Assembly: GCF_001194135.2 (NCBI RefSeq)
Contig: NC_068984.1
Span: 10,860,439 to 10,924,438 of the forward strand
DNA from: Octopus bimaculoides
Lineage: Eukaryota
Direction: 5' to 3'
DNA: 64,000 bases
Below, in pieces: positions 26,151 to 40,045 of the stretch. Both the position numbers and the translations under genes were made by a program. The first letter of the stretch is position 1; each line of letters starts with the position of its first letter. The notes beneath the pieces were generated by a model that worked only from the letters and a program-made list of their open reading frames with translations, made no database searches and was not told the origin of the DNA.

Positions 26151-26933
26151 AATAATATTTCTTTGTAAAAACTTCAACTGCTGAATTTGTAATAAAGCTT
26201 ACCTGCCGTAAGCTCTTTTATTCATTGAAATCAAATCTGGCTTAGTGTTATAATTTTGTATTTTAATGTAAACTACTTTACCATTTCACTCAAAAAATAC
26301 GTTCTGAAATATCCCTGCATAATAACCATTTAGAATGGCATGAGTTATTAATCAGCTGTCAGCCTGCTTATTTACTTTCATTACAACCATTGCCAAATAA
26401 GAATTCTAAATAATTCCTTCTTTGTTTATTGTATCTGTATTTTATAAGGTTTTCAAATACTTCTTTAAAAAAAAAAAGCCGTCTCAAATGACTTTCTGAA
26501 AATTGTTATATTCACACCAGAAATGCACNNNNNNNNNNNNNNNNNNNNNNNNNNNNNNNNNNNNNNNNNNNNNNNNNNNNNNNNNNNNNNNNNNNNNNNN
26601 NNNNNNNNNNNNNNNNNNNNNNNNNNNNNNNNNNNNNNNNNNNNNNNNNNNNNNNNNNNNNNNNNNNNNNNNNNNNNNNNNNNNNNNNNNNNNNNNNNNN
26701 NNNNNNNNNNNNNNNNNNNNNNNNNNNNNNNNNNNNNNNNNNNNNNNNNNNNNNNNNNNNNNNNNNNNNNNNNNNNNNNNNNNNNNNNNNNNNNNNNNNN
26801 NNNNNNNNNNNNNNNNNNNNNNNNNNNNNNNNNNNNNNNNNNNNNNNNNNNNNNNNNNNNNNNNNNNNNNNNNNNNNNNNNNNNNNNNNNNNNNNNNNNN
26901 NNNNNNNNNNNNNNNNNNNNNNNNNNNNNNNNN

Positions 26934-26988
<55 letters not shown>

Positions 26989-28654
26989 TTTCTCCCTCCC
27001 TCTCTCTCTCTCTTCATATACACACTCACTATAAATTATTATTCAACATTGCATTCTATGCTGATGTAGGTTAAAGAGGTTTTAATCATAATTTGCCATA
27101 TTGTTTCCATATCGTCTATTCATAGCCACCATGCAGCACATTACATTACCCAGTCATTACAAACCATTCTCTTCATGTCCTTGTTTCAATTCAAGCCAGA
27201 ATCTTCCTTTTGTTTTCTGTCAAACCCTTTTCATTCAGTTATTTCATTTGGAATATGTTATCTTCAGTTTTATGTCCTGGAATAAACCCTAACTTCATTG
27301 TATCCATGTCAACTCTTAACTTCTGCCAGCAAAGCTAAGACCCTCCACCCACCAAACATATTATTTGGCCCTTTAACTTCTCTCTCTAATTTTTCTTTCT
27401 GCTAATTTACTCATTCTTTTATATTAGCTGAGAATGGCACTGCTACTGCTGCTGCCGCCTTTAAGACTCTTATCACCGTTAACACATTCTTGCACAATTT
27501 GATTGATTAACTATATGACTGACGATACACCAGTCCACCCTAATGCTTTCATCATTTTAACAACGTTCCCTAATCGTTCTGCCACTTTTACTGATTTCAT
27601 GACCTTTGTCACTTGTTTGTGAAAGTGCATGGCTTAGTGGTTAGGATGTTGCACTCATAACCGCAAGATTGTAGTTTGATTCCCGGAGCAAGCAGTGTGT
27701 TGTGTTCTTTAGCAAAATGCTTCATTTCACATTGCATCAGTCCATTCAGCTGTAAACGAGGAGTAAACCTGCGATGCACTGACGTCCTGTTCAGGAAGAA
27801 TGTTGTGATCTTGGACACTTATGCACCAGAGAAACTAGGTAACCAGTCCCTCTGGGACTTGAGACAGTAATGTCCAGGGATGATGAAGATAGCAGTGACA
27901 GCATTACTGCCGCTGCCTTTCTTTTGTCTTCCATTGCTGGATTTACCATCAAGTTTTACCAAATTGTTTTCTAATGTCTTGTAATTTTATTGCAACTTCA
28001 CATATCTGTGTTTGTTGATGTTGTTGCTGTTTAACTCTGGTCCAGCCTTGATTGAATGAACCAGCATAATGAAAGGTATTCCATCCATGACCATCCTGTC
28101 TTTTCCAGGCTTGTTGCTCCTCCGACTACATCATAAGATATGTTCTTTCTTGAAGACAGTTGGGCTCAGAAGATTTATTGTCTTTCTTAAAGATCTGTGC
28201 TTCATATATTGAAATTATATTGTATTACAGAATCTCAAGAATATGTCAAATGTTCTATTTCTGCTACTACATTCCAACTCGATACTTCTGGCAAAAACCA
28301 CCTGCTACAATTCCGGTATTACTGTCATCTTTGAAAATGGTTTTTACTCGAGTCTTGTACAACTGTCCTTAGTTGCTAATCCTATTTGTGGGACACTTTT
28401 AGAGATTATGGTATCTCTTATTATCAACCAATAACAATAAACAGTATTATTTACCATTCCCTGCAGCTATTCTATATTGTCTGACCATTTATCCCTCCTC
28501 TCTGATAAGTGTATTATACTAAAACCCTTATCTTCCAGTATTGTTACTTATCCAGGAGAGTACTCACATCACTTCACCTTAGTTGCACATGCCTTCCCAC
28601 CTGACCTATGCACTTATCTACCTCACTGACACACATCTCTACATTCTATACAAA

Positions 28655-28706
<52 letters not shown>

Positions 28707-29159
28707 TAGCCCATCTGTTTTCTCAACTCTCTGCTGCTAGAAATAGTACCAATTTCTATTATATCACACATTGCCATCTTTAAAGAAAGAAGGACACATT
28801 GGACAATATAGTCCTAGATATACCAAAAGCAAAGGTTTTCATACCTGCAACACCTTTGATCATAGGTCTGTTTGATCATAGTCTACCATGGGCTAAGCAA
28901 CAACAACAGCATTCTAAGAACAGTAATTCTCACATTCTGCTCCAACAAAAATAGCCACATTAGCCCCAGACTCTGATGGTGTAACTGCAGAAGAATAGCA
29001 ACTGTTGTCCTCTGACCAAGTCTATCTCCCCCACTTTTACTGCGGCCAGCACCAGAATCTAAAAGCAGAAAAACAAACTAATAAAGGAGCCGCTACATGG
29101 CTGCTAGGCTTGCTAAAAATAGCAGCCAAATCTCCCTTTAATAACATTCCTATCAGTTT

Positions 29160-29520
29160 TTATCTTGTTTAAGTCATTTGACTATGGCCATGCTAGAGCA
29201 CCACCTCGAGGAAGTTTTGATCAAATGAATTGATCCCAGTACTTATTCTGTCAGTGTCTTTTGTCAAACTGCTAAGTTATGGGGATGTAAACACACCAAC
29301 ACCAGTTGTCAAGCAGTATTGGGTGTGGCTGGGATGACAAGGACAGATACAAAGACATATATACATACAAGAGGCTTCTTTTGTTTCCATCTACGAAATT
29401 CATTCACAAGGCTTTGATTGGTCCAGGGCTGTAGTAGAAGACATTTACCCAAGGTGCCATGCAGTGGGACTGAACCCAGAACCATGTGGTTAAGAAGCAA
29501 ATTTCTGACCACACAACCAC
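29160..29520 (-). mobile_element. SINE family A
   Basis: Reverse-complement head and tail. Confidence 0.75.
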
Positions 29521-30699
29521 AGAGAATAGAAAGGATGCTTTGGATAATAGAATTCAAGACAGAAGCTGGCATCATCATCGGTGTGTTGGATCAGAACAGA
29601 CTTGCAACTAAATTACATAACAAGCAGACAGAAATAGACTTCAACTATGAAAACAGTAAGTTACTAGACTGCAACACTATCCTAGTGCTTGACTAACCAC
29701 TGCCTGCCACTGTACACAATTGGGTCCTCTGCTAAGTGAAGAACTTAGACATACTGGAGCAATAAATCTATGAGGTACATATATTTAGTTATTTAGCTGG
29801 CCTTTATGGATTCTGTATGTCTGATCAGGCAGAGCTACCCATCAAGTACACCTGTGGCTCTACATCTCATTGTATCTTCAAGCTAAAAATAAGATCATTG
29901 GGGTATTCACACCTAACACAATCTCTCTTGCATACATAAACACTCTTCTTAATAGATCTGATTGCATCAGGAAATCTAATTTCTTGTTTATGCTTAACTG
30001 AAGGATTTGTGATTAGATGGTTTTTTATTTCTATCTCTAAACTCTGTGATACATTTGGCCAATGTAATGGAATAATTCTGCTGTTTATTCAAGCACAAAA
30101 TATAAGGGTCCCCTCTCTCTCAATAATAATAATAATAATGTTTTCCATTCCATATCAATTTTCATTTCTGAGTGTCTTGTCTCAACTCGGCGGGTTACCG
30201 CCATTGCATTGAGACACCACATGGAAGAAAGAATAATGAACCAAAACCAGAAAAGAGGAGGGGGCGGTGGAGGGTATGTAGTTGTCAGGGTGGAAGAACA
30301 TGGTAGGAATGGAAACTTTTGTTGCAGAAACTTTTGAGATGAGATTTGGCAATTTGAGAAAATGTTCATTCAGAGAAGTGAAGTGAAAATCATGGGAAGA
30401 AATGAAGTTGCTTGAAGAATGATGACTAGTGAAGCGTATGTCTGGGGGGGGGGAGGAAGAGAGAGAGGAGAGAAGAGATGGGGGGAAGAAGGTGGTAGAC
30501 AAAGTGTAATAAATAACTTAAAACAATGATTGTATTATCTTTATTTTATTCTACATGATTTGATCTGTTGAAAGCTAAACATTCTTATCAAAAGGTTCAC
30601 AAATCTACCAAATACTTCGTAAATGTGCACCAGTGTTGTGTTGGTTTGTGGTTTGTTTGTGTGTGTGTTTGTACACATGCGCACACCCGTGCTTTTTGT

Positions 30700-31120
30700 G
30701 TTTGTGAGAGTGCATGTTTCTTTGTGTGTGTGTGTGTGTGTGTTCATGTGTGTATTTGTGTGTGTATGTATGTATGTGTAAGCATGTGTATTTGTCTGTG
30801 TATGCAAGTGTGTATTTGTGAGTGTATGAATGCACATTGTGTGTGTTCATGTGTATATTTGTGTGTGTGTGTATGTATGTGTGTGTATGTAAGCATGTGT
30901 ATTTGTATGTATATGCAAGTGTGTATTTGCGAGTGTATGAATGTACATTGTGTGTGTGAGTATTTGTGTGTGTTCATGTGTATATTTATGTGTATGTATG
31001 TATGTGTAAGCATGTGTATTTGTCTGTGTATGCAAGTATGTATTTGCGAGTGTATGAGTGCACATTTGTGTGTGTGTGTGTGCATGTGTATATTTGTGTG
31101 TGTGTGTGTGTGTGTGTGTG
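30700..31120. repeat. Degenerate (TG)n region with a higher-order repeat of about 110-117 bp (3 units)
   Basis: gtgtaagcatgtgtatttgt.tgtgtatgcaagt.tgtatttg.gagtgtatga recurs near 30775, 30885 and 31002. Confidence 0.8.
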
Positions 31121-31389
31121 CAAAATTAGATATTGGAAGTGTAAGTAATCTCGATCCAAGCTTGATAACTACTCTTTAAACTCTTAAAAGAAAAGGGTTT
31201 GTTTTCATCCTGAGAAGAGGCAGCAACTGTTTGTTCCTGCATCCTTTCAGAAATAGCTGCCGTCTACATTGATGTTGAAATTATTGATGATATAAATACA
31301 TCGTCAATAACAAACACACCATTCACAATTCTGCTATTCTACTATTCTGCTTTATTTACTTAACACTTATTAAACTTCCTGTCAGCGAA

Positions 31390-31894
31390 ATCTCTCTCTC
31401 CCTCTCTCTCTCCATCCATTTATCTGTCTCTCTATCTCTTTCTACCTCTCACTCTCTACCCTCTCTCTCACTCTCTATTTATATGTCCCTTTCTATGTTT
31501 CTCACTGCCTCTTTTTCTCTCCCTTTCCATCTGCCTATCTTTCTCTACACCTTTTTTCTCTTTTTTGCTACTTCTCTCCCTCTGTTTGTTTCTCTTTTGC
31601 TCTACCCTCACCTCACTATGTCGCTCTCTCCACCCCTCTTTCTGTCTTTGTTTCTCTACCTACTCCTCTCTCTCTCTCCCTCCCTCTTTCTGTCCCTTTT
31701 TACCTACCTCTTTCTCTCTCCCTCTCTCTACACCTCTCTCACTATTTCTTTCTCTTTCTTCCCCTCCCTCTCTCTCTATGTCTCTTTCCACCCCTCTTTC
31801 TATCTTTGTCCCTCCACCTCCTCTCTGTCTACTCCCTCTCTATCTGTCCCTTTCTTTCTATCTGCCTCTCTCTCTCGCTCTCTCTCTATCTCTA

Positions 31895-31982
<88 letters not shown>

Positions 31983-32000
31983 CCTTTCTCTTTCTTACTC
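31390..32000. repeat. Polypyrimidine/(CT)n tract of about 600 bp
   Basis: Degenerate CT-rich sequence ending in a perfect (CT)n at about 31900-31980. Confidence 0.95.
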
Positions 32001-32387
32001 TCTCACACACACATCAATAAATGGCAAAAAGAAACCCAGTGACATCCAGCTTCTCTGTATCTCAAGTCAGAATGTGCAATCTTTAAAATGTCATTCTGAA
32101 TTAACTTTCCCTGTCTAATTGTACCTTCGTTATTGCTTCATTTAATGCTGGCCAGAAATTATTGTCTAATTCTTTGAAATGTTATGTCTTCTTTTCTCTA
32201 CCCCATCCAAAATTTCTCAATTAATTTGACGTGGGCAGAAAATTTTCTTCTAATCCATGAGACCAATTTTGCTGCCTCCATAATAGTAATCATCATCATT
32301 GTTATTAATTACAATTGCATTGCAATGATTAACGACTCCTCATCATGTTTCTGCATATATGCGTGTGTAAGTGTGTTATTTCTTTAC

Positions 32388-32608
32388 TACCCACAAGGGG
32401 CTACACACAGAGGGGACAAACAAGGACAGACAAACGGATTAAGTCGATTATACCGACCCCAGTGCGTAACTGGTACTTATTTGATCGACCCCGAAAGGAT
32501 GAAAGGCAAAGTCGACCTCGGCGGAATTTGAACTCAGAACGTAGCGGCAGACGAAATACCGCTAAACATTTCGCCCGGCGTGCTAACGTTTCTGCCAGTT
32601 CGCCGCCT
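32388..32608 (-). mobile_element. tRNA-derived SINE family B, well preserved
   Basis: Minus strand gcgaactggcagaaacgttagcacgccgggcgaaatg...ttctgagttcaaattcc (B-box), then gcctttcatcctttcggggtcgatcaaataagtaccag, which from memory resembles the Meta-type SINE central domain. Confidence 0.85.
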
Positions 32609-33614
32609 GTGTAAGTGTGTAAGTGTGTATCTATTTCTTTACTTGTTTCAGTCATTGGACTGCAGCCATTCTGGGAAACAGTCTTGAATGGGTTTTAGTA
32701 AAACATACTGACCCCTGTACTTATTTTCAAATCGGGTACTTAGTCTGTCTCTTTTAGACATAAATAAACACCTGTTGTCAAGCAATGGAGGGAACAAAGG
32801 CACACGGCTATATGAGCGTATTTATATAATTGGATTGTTACCTAACACTCCATTGTATTTTTTGCGTGAAGTGAAACCCCTGGGTTAGACCAGCTGTGAT
32901 GGATATTTGATACTATATTTTTCAAATAATATATATATATAGAAAGAGACAAACAGATATCAAAATGTACAGTATGATATATATCCATTACAGCTGATAT
33001 TACTAATCAGGTTCAGACTAAGAGTGCAGTGGGATGTTAGGTAACAGGTCAATTATGTAACCCTGTGTTCCTCAAGAGATGGCAGTTATGGAAGAAAATA
33101 TAGCGACTGCTTTCTGTTATTGGAGGTGAAAAGACACTGGTTTGCTGTGAAAAAGACAACGAAATGAACCAAGCAAAGATTAAGTTAAGAGTTGTTTCTC
33201 TTGGCACCAAAAACCTCCTCTGAAGATGTTGCAGAGCGACGAGAGTTTTCTGGAAAAGTGTGCATGGGGAATGTGTGTATGTTTTAGGCCTGATGTTCTT
33301 GTAGGGTTAGATCAGTAGATCCCAAAGTGGATGGTATTGCCCTCCTGGGGGGGGGGGAGTTGTGGCGATTCATGTAAAGTCAACAAAATAATGGGTTTGT
33401 TAGGTTAAGTTTTATTTGTGAAATGCAGTCGTTTCGAATTTGCTTCAGAAAGAGGTGTATGTTTGTGATGGCTAGTTGAGGTGGGGGCACTAGGAATCTG
33501 GCCTGGGTGTCTTCTGGGTTAGAATGTGTGCAGTGGTACTATATCTAGTGTTTTCAGGGGGCATTTGGTGGGTAGATGCCCAAAACTAACATAAGTACTT
33601 ACGTGTTCATTTGT

Positions 33615-33765
33615 ATCATCGTCATCATCATCATCGTTTAACGTCCGTTTTCCATGCTGGCATGGGTTGGATGGTTTGACTGAGAACTGGCGAGCCAGAA
33701 GGCTGCACCAGGCTCCAATCTGATCTGGCAAAGTTTCTACAGCTGGATGCCCTTCCTAACGCCAA
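33615..33765 (-). mobile_element. RTE 3' UTR end
   Basis: Reverse-complement tail with (GAT)n. Confidence 0.8.
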
Positions 33766-34724
33766 TGTTTTAGTTAAATTCTTTGGACTATTTTTATAAG
33801 TATGGAGTGTGCAAAGGGGTACTGTATGTGGGGATTTATACTGAGAGTAGAAAAAGGGTCTATTGAGTCAATATCCACCCAGGTTAGGGCGTGTATGTGT
33901 CTGTGAGTACATTTGTGTATGTTTTGGTCAAATTCTTTGCCTGATTCCCAGATATTGGTGGTGGAAGACCCAAAGTCGGGGAACTGGGTGTTATAATCAC
34001 AATAGGACACAAAGGTATGAAAGAATGTACTTCTTTTCATGTGGGCAAGGGTTAAAAATTTTGCTTCTGCTTTTCAGATTGATGTCTTTGCTAGGTATAT
34101 TCTGCTTTTCTTGCTACTATTGAAGTAAGCTTTGTATTATTCTAATATCCTCTACTTTATGTTATATTCCATGTGCTTTCTTTCAATGATCATACATGCT
34201 TGGCTAGGTTCCATAGTCTGTTTTGACTTGGTTTGTACAGCACGATGCCCTACCTAACACCAACCTCTTTGCAGAGTATTTTTTACATTCAACCATCACC
34301 AGTGCTTTATATGTGGCACCAGTACCAAAGCATTTTATGTGGCCCCAGCGCCAGTGCTTTTTATGTTGCACCATTACCAGTGCATTTTACATGGCACCAG
34401 CACCAGTGCTTTTAATATGTGGCACCAGTACCAAAGCGTTTCATGTGACCCCAGCATAAGTGCTTTTTGGGCGTTAAGGGATAAAATGTTAGGGTGGAGA
34501 AGGTTGACAGGGCAAAGCTCTTCATGGATAAGCATTATCTAATATTTAGCGATATTCAGGTTCTTTGTTGGTGCCTGTTTTGATGATGGCTAAATACATC
34601 ACAAAAGAACCTCCACTTGGTGGCTCAGCCTGCAAAAAACAGCAGCCAAACCAACCTCAAACTCAAACCCCACCAACTTAACCAGAGGAGGGACAAATTG
34701 GATAATGTAGTCCTAGATTGTTGT

Positions 34725-35105
34725 GTGTTGGCACTCCGTCGCTTACGACGTCAAGGGTTCCAGTTGATCCGATCAATGGAACAGCCAGCTCATGAAATTA
34801 ACGTGCAAGTGGCCGAGCACTCCACAGACACGTATACCCTTATTGTAGTTCTCGGGGATATTCAGCATGACACAGTGTGACAAGGTTGACCCTTTGAATT
34901 ACAGGCACAACAGAAACAGGAAGTAAGAGTGAGAGAAAGTTGTGGTGAAAGAGTACAGCAGGGTTCACCACCAACCCCTACCGGAGCCTCGTGGAGCTTT
35001 AGGTGTTTTCGCTCAATAAACACTCACAAAGCCCGGTCTGGGAATCGAAACCGCAATCCTATGACCACGAGTCCGCTGCCCTAACCACTGGGCCATTGCG
35101 CCTCC
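34725..35105 (-). mobile_element. tRNA-derived SINE family C (long form)
   Basis: Minus-strand head ggaggcgcaatggcccagtggttagggcagcggactc...gtttcgattccc. The 3' part is shared with 14185-14470 and 46570-46855. Confidence 0.8.
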
Positions 35106-36884
35106 ATGATTCCAAATAATAATAACAATAAACTGGAAAAGATTGAGAAGTACAAGCCTAGATACACTGAAAATAAAATGGGTTGGTCATAGCTGGAGTG
35201 TCTCATATATCTACACATGTTTGTAATGTTTACAGCAGGGAGGTCACTTTTAACAGACACACCCACTGTGTGTTTACTGGAGGTAATATTTTCATTACAG
35301 AAGTCAAGCTCATAAAAGTCCACTCAACAGAGGGGAGGGGGAGGAGGAGGAAAGGTAGAAAAGATACAAAGCAAAGAGAGACTATTTATTTATTTTTTTG
35401 TTTTCCTATTATTTTATATTGTCTCTTAAAGAACTCTGTACCCTTCTGCATGACATGTGGTATTTAGGACAACAAGGATTTGGCATCAACTGCTTGTAAC
35501 CCAATATCTATCCAAGAACATCAATGCTCTGTCTCTCTTTTTCTCTTATTTTTCTCTCTTTCTGTCTTTGTATTTCTCTGAGAGAGAAAGAAAGAGAGAG
35601 AATGAATTATAAGTAAAAAAGAAAAAAGAAAAATATGCTATAGATTTGCTTCAATTTCTTCAGTTGTTCCCACAGGAAGAGTGATTTACAACTCAAAGGA
35701 AGAATGTGTAGTGGCCGATATTGTTGTTGTTATTGTAGAAATTGTTTTTGGATAAGTGAGTTGGTTATATTGATTCAATAGAGAGAATATATGACCCCAA
35801 TAGAGAACACACAAGAAATTCCCATCAACAACAAAAGACAAAGTAAAAAAAAAGAAATAGTCACAGCAGATAAAATAACAATAAAAACGAAAAATAACAA
35901 AACATGTGATGAAATATGTCATATTTGCATACAAGAATATTCTGCATGAGTAGAAGTCAGAGCTCATTGTTGAAGAAGTCTGGTGACTGGATTTCGATTC
36001 CCTGATGTGGAGGATATCATTTCACTTGTATCATCAATATTCTCATGAGAAGAGGTGGGGGAGAAACTAAACAGCATAGACAGATACTTGTTTCACATGA
36101 CCTCACCTTTAACAATTTCATTGAAATAATAGACGTGTTTAAACATATTTTCACATGTGTGAATGTAGGTTCGTGCCATGTCAGTCAACCTCCTGTTATG
36201 AGTTCAGACGAAGAGAAAGTGCCATCATTTTTCAGGCTATTAAACTTGTCTTTGGAGATAATTGTTTCCAATATTTACATCTACCTTACATTCCAGTTGC
36301 TTTGATCTCTGTTCATCATCAGGTGTTTCATTCCTGGGTGTGTACACAGTACCAGACTGCATTAGCACTAGAAACCTTTTGTTTTCTTTTTTCTTTTTTA
36401 ATTACAGGTAAAACATTCTTGTCTATTAGGCATGACTGTGATGAGGAGCTTGCTTCCCAACCACATCGTTTCAGGTTCAGTCCCACTGCATGGCACCTTG
36501 GGCACATATCTTCTATTATAGCTTTGGGCCAATCAAAGCCTTATGAGTAGATTTTGTCAATGGAAACTGAAAGAATCCCATCCTCTGTGTGTGTGTGTGT
36601 AAGCAAGGTCTGGAGTTAAAGGGCCTTAGACTTAATTTAGTAAAGACCAAAGTCTTATTAAGTAGGGAAACAGACAAATCACAAATTCCTTCAGGGACAT
36701 GGCTCTGCTTGATATGTAAAAAAGGCATAGGTAGAAACTCTATTAGGTGTATGAACATATAAGAGATGCAGCAATATCAGAGGAAGGTTAACAGAGAAAG
36801 TAGTCATAGTGTGTGGCAGGTGTACAGGTATAATAAACACTAGAAATATACAGAAAAAGACTTCATCAAATGCTGGGGGGGGGG

Positions 36885-37575
36885 CATTCTTAGAAGTAGT
36901 GGATAGCTTCTGTTGTCTAGGTAACATGTCAGTGGTGGAGGTGGATGCTCTGAGAGTGAAGCTGCTGGAATAAGAATAGGCTGGGCAAAGTTCAGAGAGC
37001 TTCTACCTTTGTTGGTAACAAAGGGCCCCTCCTTCAGAGTGAAAGGCAGATTGTATGATACCTGTGTGCTGGATGTAGTGTCAGTGTGTATGTACGACAG
37101 AGTGTAAAGGTCTTGAGAGAAAAATTGGGCATAAGCGGCATCAGATGTGGTGTGCAAAAAAAAAGACTGCACTGGCATGGTCATGTGATGTGTATGGATG
37201 AAGACAACTGTGTAAAGAAGTGCCGATCTCTAACTGTGGAGGGAACCTGTGGAAGGGGTAGACCCAGGAAGATATGGTGAATGTTGAGTCTTACAGAGGT
37301 GATGACAAGCGATTGAGACCTTTGGCCATTTGCTGTGCTTGAGAAGATATGGTAAGCCAAGTGAAATCATAGTTGTGGCCTGTGCCAGCGACATGTAAAA
37401 GGCACCCACTACACTCTTGGAATGATTGACATTAGGAAGGGCATCCAACTGTAGAAACCAAACCAAACCAGACTGGAGCCTGATATAGCTCTCTGGTTTA
37501 CCAGTCCCTGTCAAACCATCTAACCCTTGCCAGCATTGGAAAACAGACGCTTAATGATGATGATGATGATGATGA
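36885..37575 (+). mobile_element. 5'-truncated, internally deleted RTE-clade LINE (ORF end, 3' UTR and (GAT)n tail)
   Basis: Degenerate translation LEVVDSFC.LG...GGGCSES...IRIGWAKFRELLPLLVTKG.SFRVKGRLYDTCV//RQSVKVLREKLGISGIRCGVQKKRLHWHGHVMCMDEDNCVKKCRSLTVEGTCGRGRPRKIW. It runs directly into the aggaagggcatcc tail and (GAT)n. Confidence 0.85.
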
Positions 37576-38348
37576 TATATATATANNNNNNNNNNNNNNN
37601 NNNNNNNNNNNNNNNNNNNNNNNNNNNNNNNNNNNNNNNNNNNNNNNNNNNNNNNNNNNNNNNNNNNNNNNNNNNNNNNNNNNNNNNNNNNNNNNNNNNN
37701 NNNNNNNNNNNNNNNNNNNNNNNNNNNNNNNNNNNNNNNNATATATATAAAGAACCCAGTACACTCTGTAAAATGGTTGGTACGAGGAAGGCCATCTAAC
37801 TAGAAAACATATCAAAGGCAGAGAGTGGGGCTTGGCAGTCTTCTTGCTCCACAACTCCTATTGAACCATCCAACCCCATGTCAGTATATAAAATGAACTT
37901 TAAATGGTGATGATGTGATCATCTCAATTCTGGTTTTCACTCCTTCTCTCCTCTCCCAAGTCTTGTTGGTTCTGAATTGTCAGCAATGCTTCTGTAATAT
38001 TTTTTTTTCTCTAGGTAGGGTGTGGGTCCTTCACAAACTCATTTTTTACCTCTGGGAAGACTGCTAATGTTACCAAACCTTCTCAGACCTAATGAATAAA
38101 AGATAAGAGAATTAGTTGTTTGCATAATATCCTAGGATTTTTTTTTTCTTTTTGTCTTTTTGGTGGCCAGGAACTGATAGAAGAGAGGGTCAAATTAACT
38201 AAATGATGTTAACGGGGTTAATGATCAGTTTGAATTGTTGGGGTTTCACTAGTTGAAAAATTAAATACGGGATGTTGTTCTGAAAAAGAAGGATTGAACA
38301 ATTGTTTTGTACATTGGTAATACTAAGCATTTGGCTGTGTCGAAAGGC

Positions 38349-38386
<38 letters not shown>

Positions 38387-38911
38387 ATCATCTACTGTTA
38401 CAAGACCAAGCATTAGCATTACTTGTTTGAAATGTTGAACAAGCAGAGCTGCTACTAGTGACGCAAACATTCAATTGAGTGCCATATCATAATAATCAGA
38501 TCACTGTGTCTGTTACATTCCTTACAGTGAAACCAATGTGTTTGGAGGCTGGAATGGTTTACTTATCAGCTGTCTTAACCAATTCTTTAAAAAAAAAAAA
38601 AAAAAAAAGCAATCCCTCTGTTACAAAGGAACCATTTACGACTGCTGCAGAATTCTAATTGAAAACACTATTGGCTGTTAGAGCTAGAGAAAAAAAGAGA
38701 GAGAGAGTGTGTGTATACATGTGTGTGCTTGTGTATGTGTGTTTGTTGGAAATATAGATGCGTAAAGAAATAACATTTCTCTATGTGTATGTATTAGTGT
38801 GTAGCACAAGGGTGTTTTTGTGTTTAAACATATACGTCACAAATGATAGCATGTATATATAAAACATGGGTGTATGTGAAATCGGTGCTAATATATAATA
38901 TGTTGACATGA

Positions 38912-38977
<66 letters not shown>

Positions 38978-38986
38978 TTATATGTG

Positions 38987-39024
<38 letters not shown>

Positions 39025-39659
39025 TATATGTGTATATATATCTATGTGTATATATATGTATGGATATATATTTGTACATGGTAGCAGGTTGTATGAGTGA
39101 GTGTATATATGTGGGTATACATAAATGGTAGTATTCTAACATGTGATCATAAAACAGTGTATTGTATAAGCACATAAATGGTTGTGTGTGTATATGTCTG
39201 TCTGTGTGTGTTTGTAAACGTGTGTGTGTGAGCACGTGCACACATTTGCAAATGGTGGTAATTTGTCTGGTGTCACTGATATCAGATAAGTACAATGGAT
39301 TCTTTCAGCAAGTTAACTTATTAATTAATAATTTTATCTTGCTTAAATTATCTTTAAATAATCAAACATTCTTTTGAAGAAATGAAGATACTTTCTGGCT
39401 CTCTGATTTCATCTGTGAAATAGTATATGGGAGAAGCAGAAGTGGGGAGGGACACATGAGGGGGCTATTTTCTAGCCTCATTGTATTTGGGAGAAATAAA
39501 CAGGGGGTGGGGGGGACGTGTGAGAGGGGGTAGCTATTTTCTAACATTATTGTAAAATAGTATATAAGAGAAACAACAGGGGGACGTGTGACAGGGAGAG
39601 ATTATTTTCTCGTATCATCTGATAAGAGAAAAAGAATTACAAATAAAGTACAGATACAC

Positions 39660-40045
39660 TTTACTCTTTTACATGTTTCAGTCATTTGACTGCGGCCATG
39701 CTGGAGCTCTGCCTTTAGTTGAAGAAATCAACCCCAGGACTTATTCTTTGTAAGCCTAGTAGTTATTCTACTTTGCCGAACCGCTAAGTTTTGGGGACAT
39801 AAACACTCCAACATCGGTTGTCAAGCGATGATGGGGGGACAGACACAGACACAAAGACATAACACACACACACACATATACACATGATGGGCTTCTTTCA
39901 GTTTCCGTCTACCAAATCCACTCACAAAGCTTTGGGTCGGTCCAAGGCTATAATAGAAGATAATTGCCCAATGTGCCACACAGTGGGACTGAACCCAGAA
40001 CCATGTGGTTGGGAAGCAAGCTTCTTATCACACAGCCACACTTGG
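39660..40045 (-). mobile_element. SINE family A
   Basis: Full-length reverse complement. Confidence 0.8.

Noticed and set aside
29418-29696. 92-aa ORF with a donor-like CAgtaagt
   Set aside because: The first half is an antisense SINE. The remainder has no MAGI similarity and only a faint, unverifiable resemblance to GIY-YIG.
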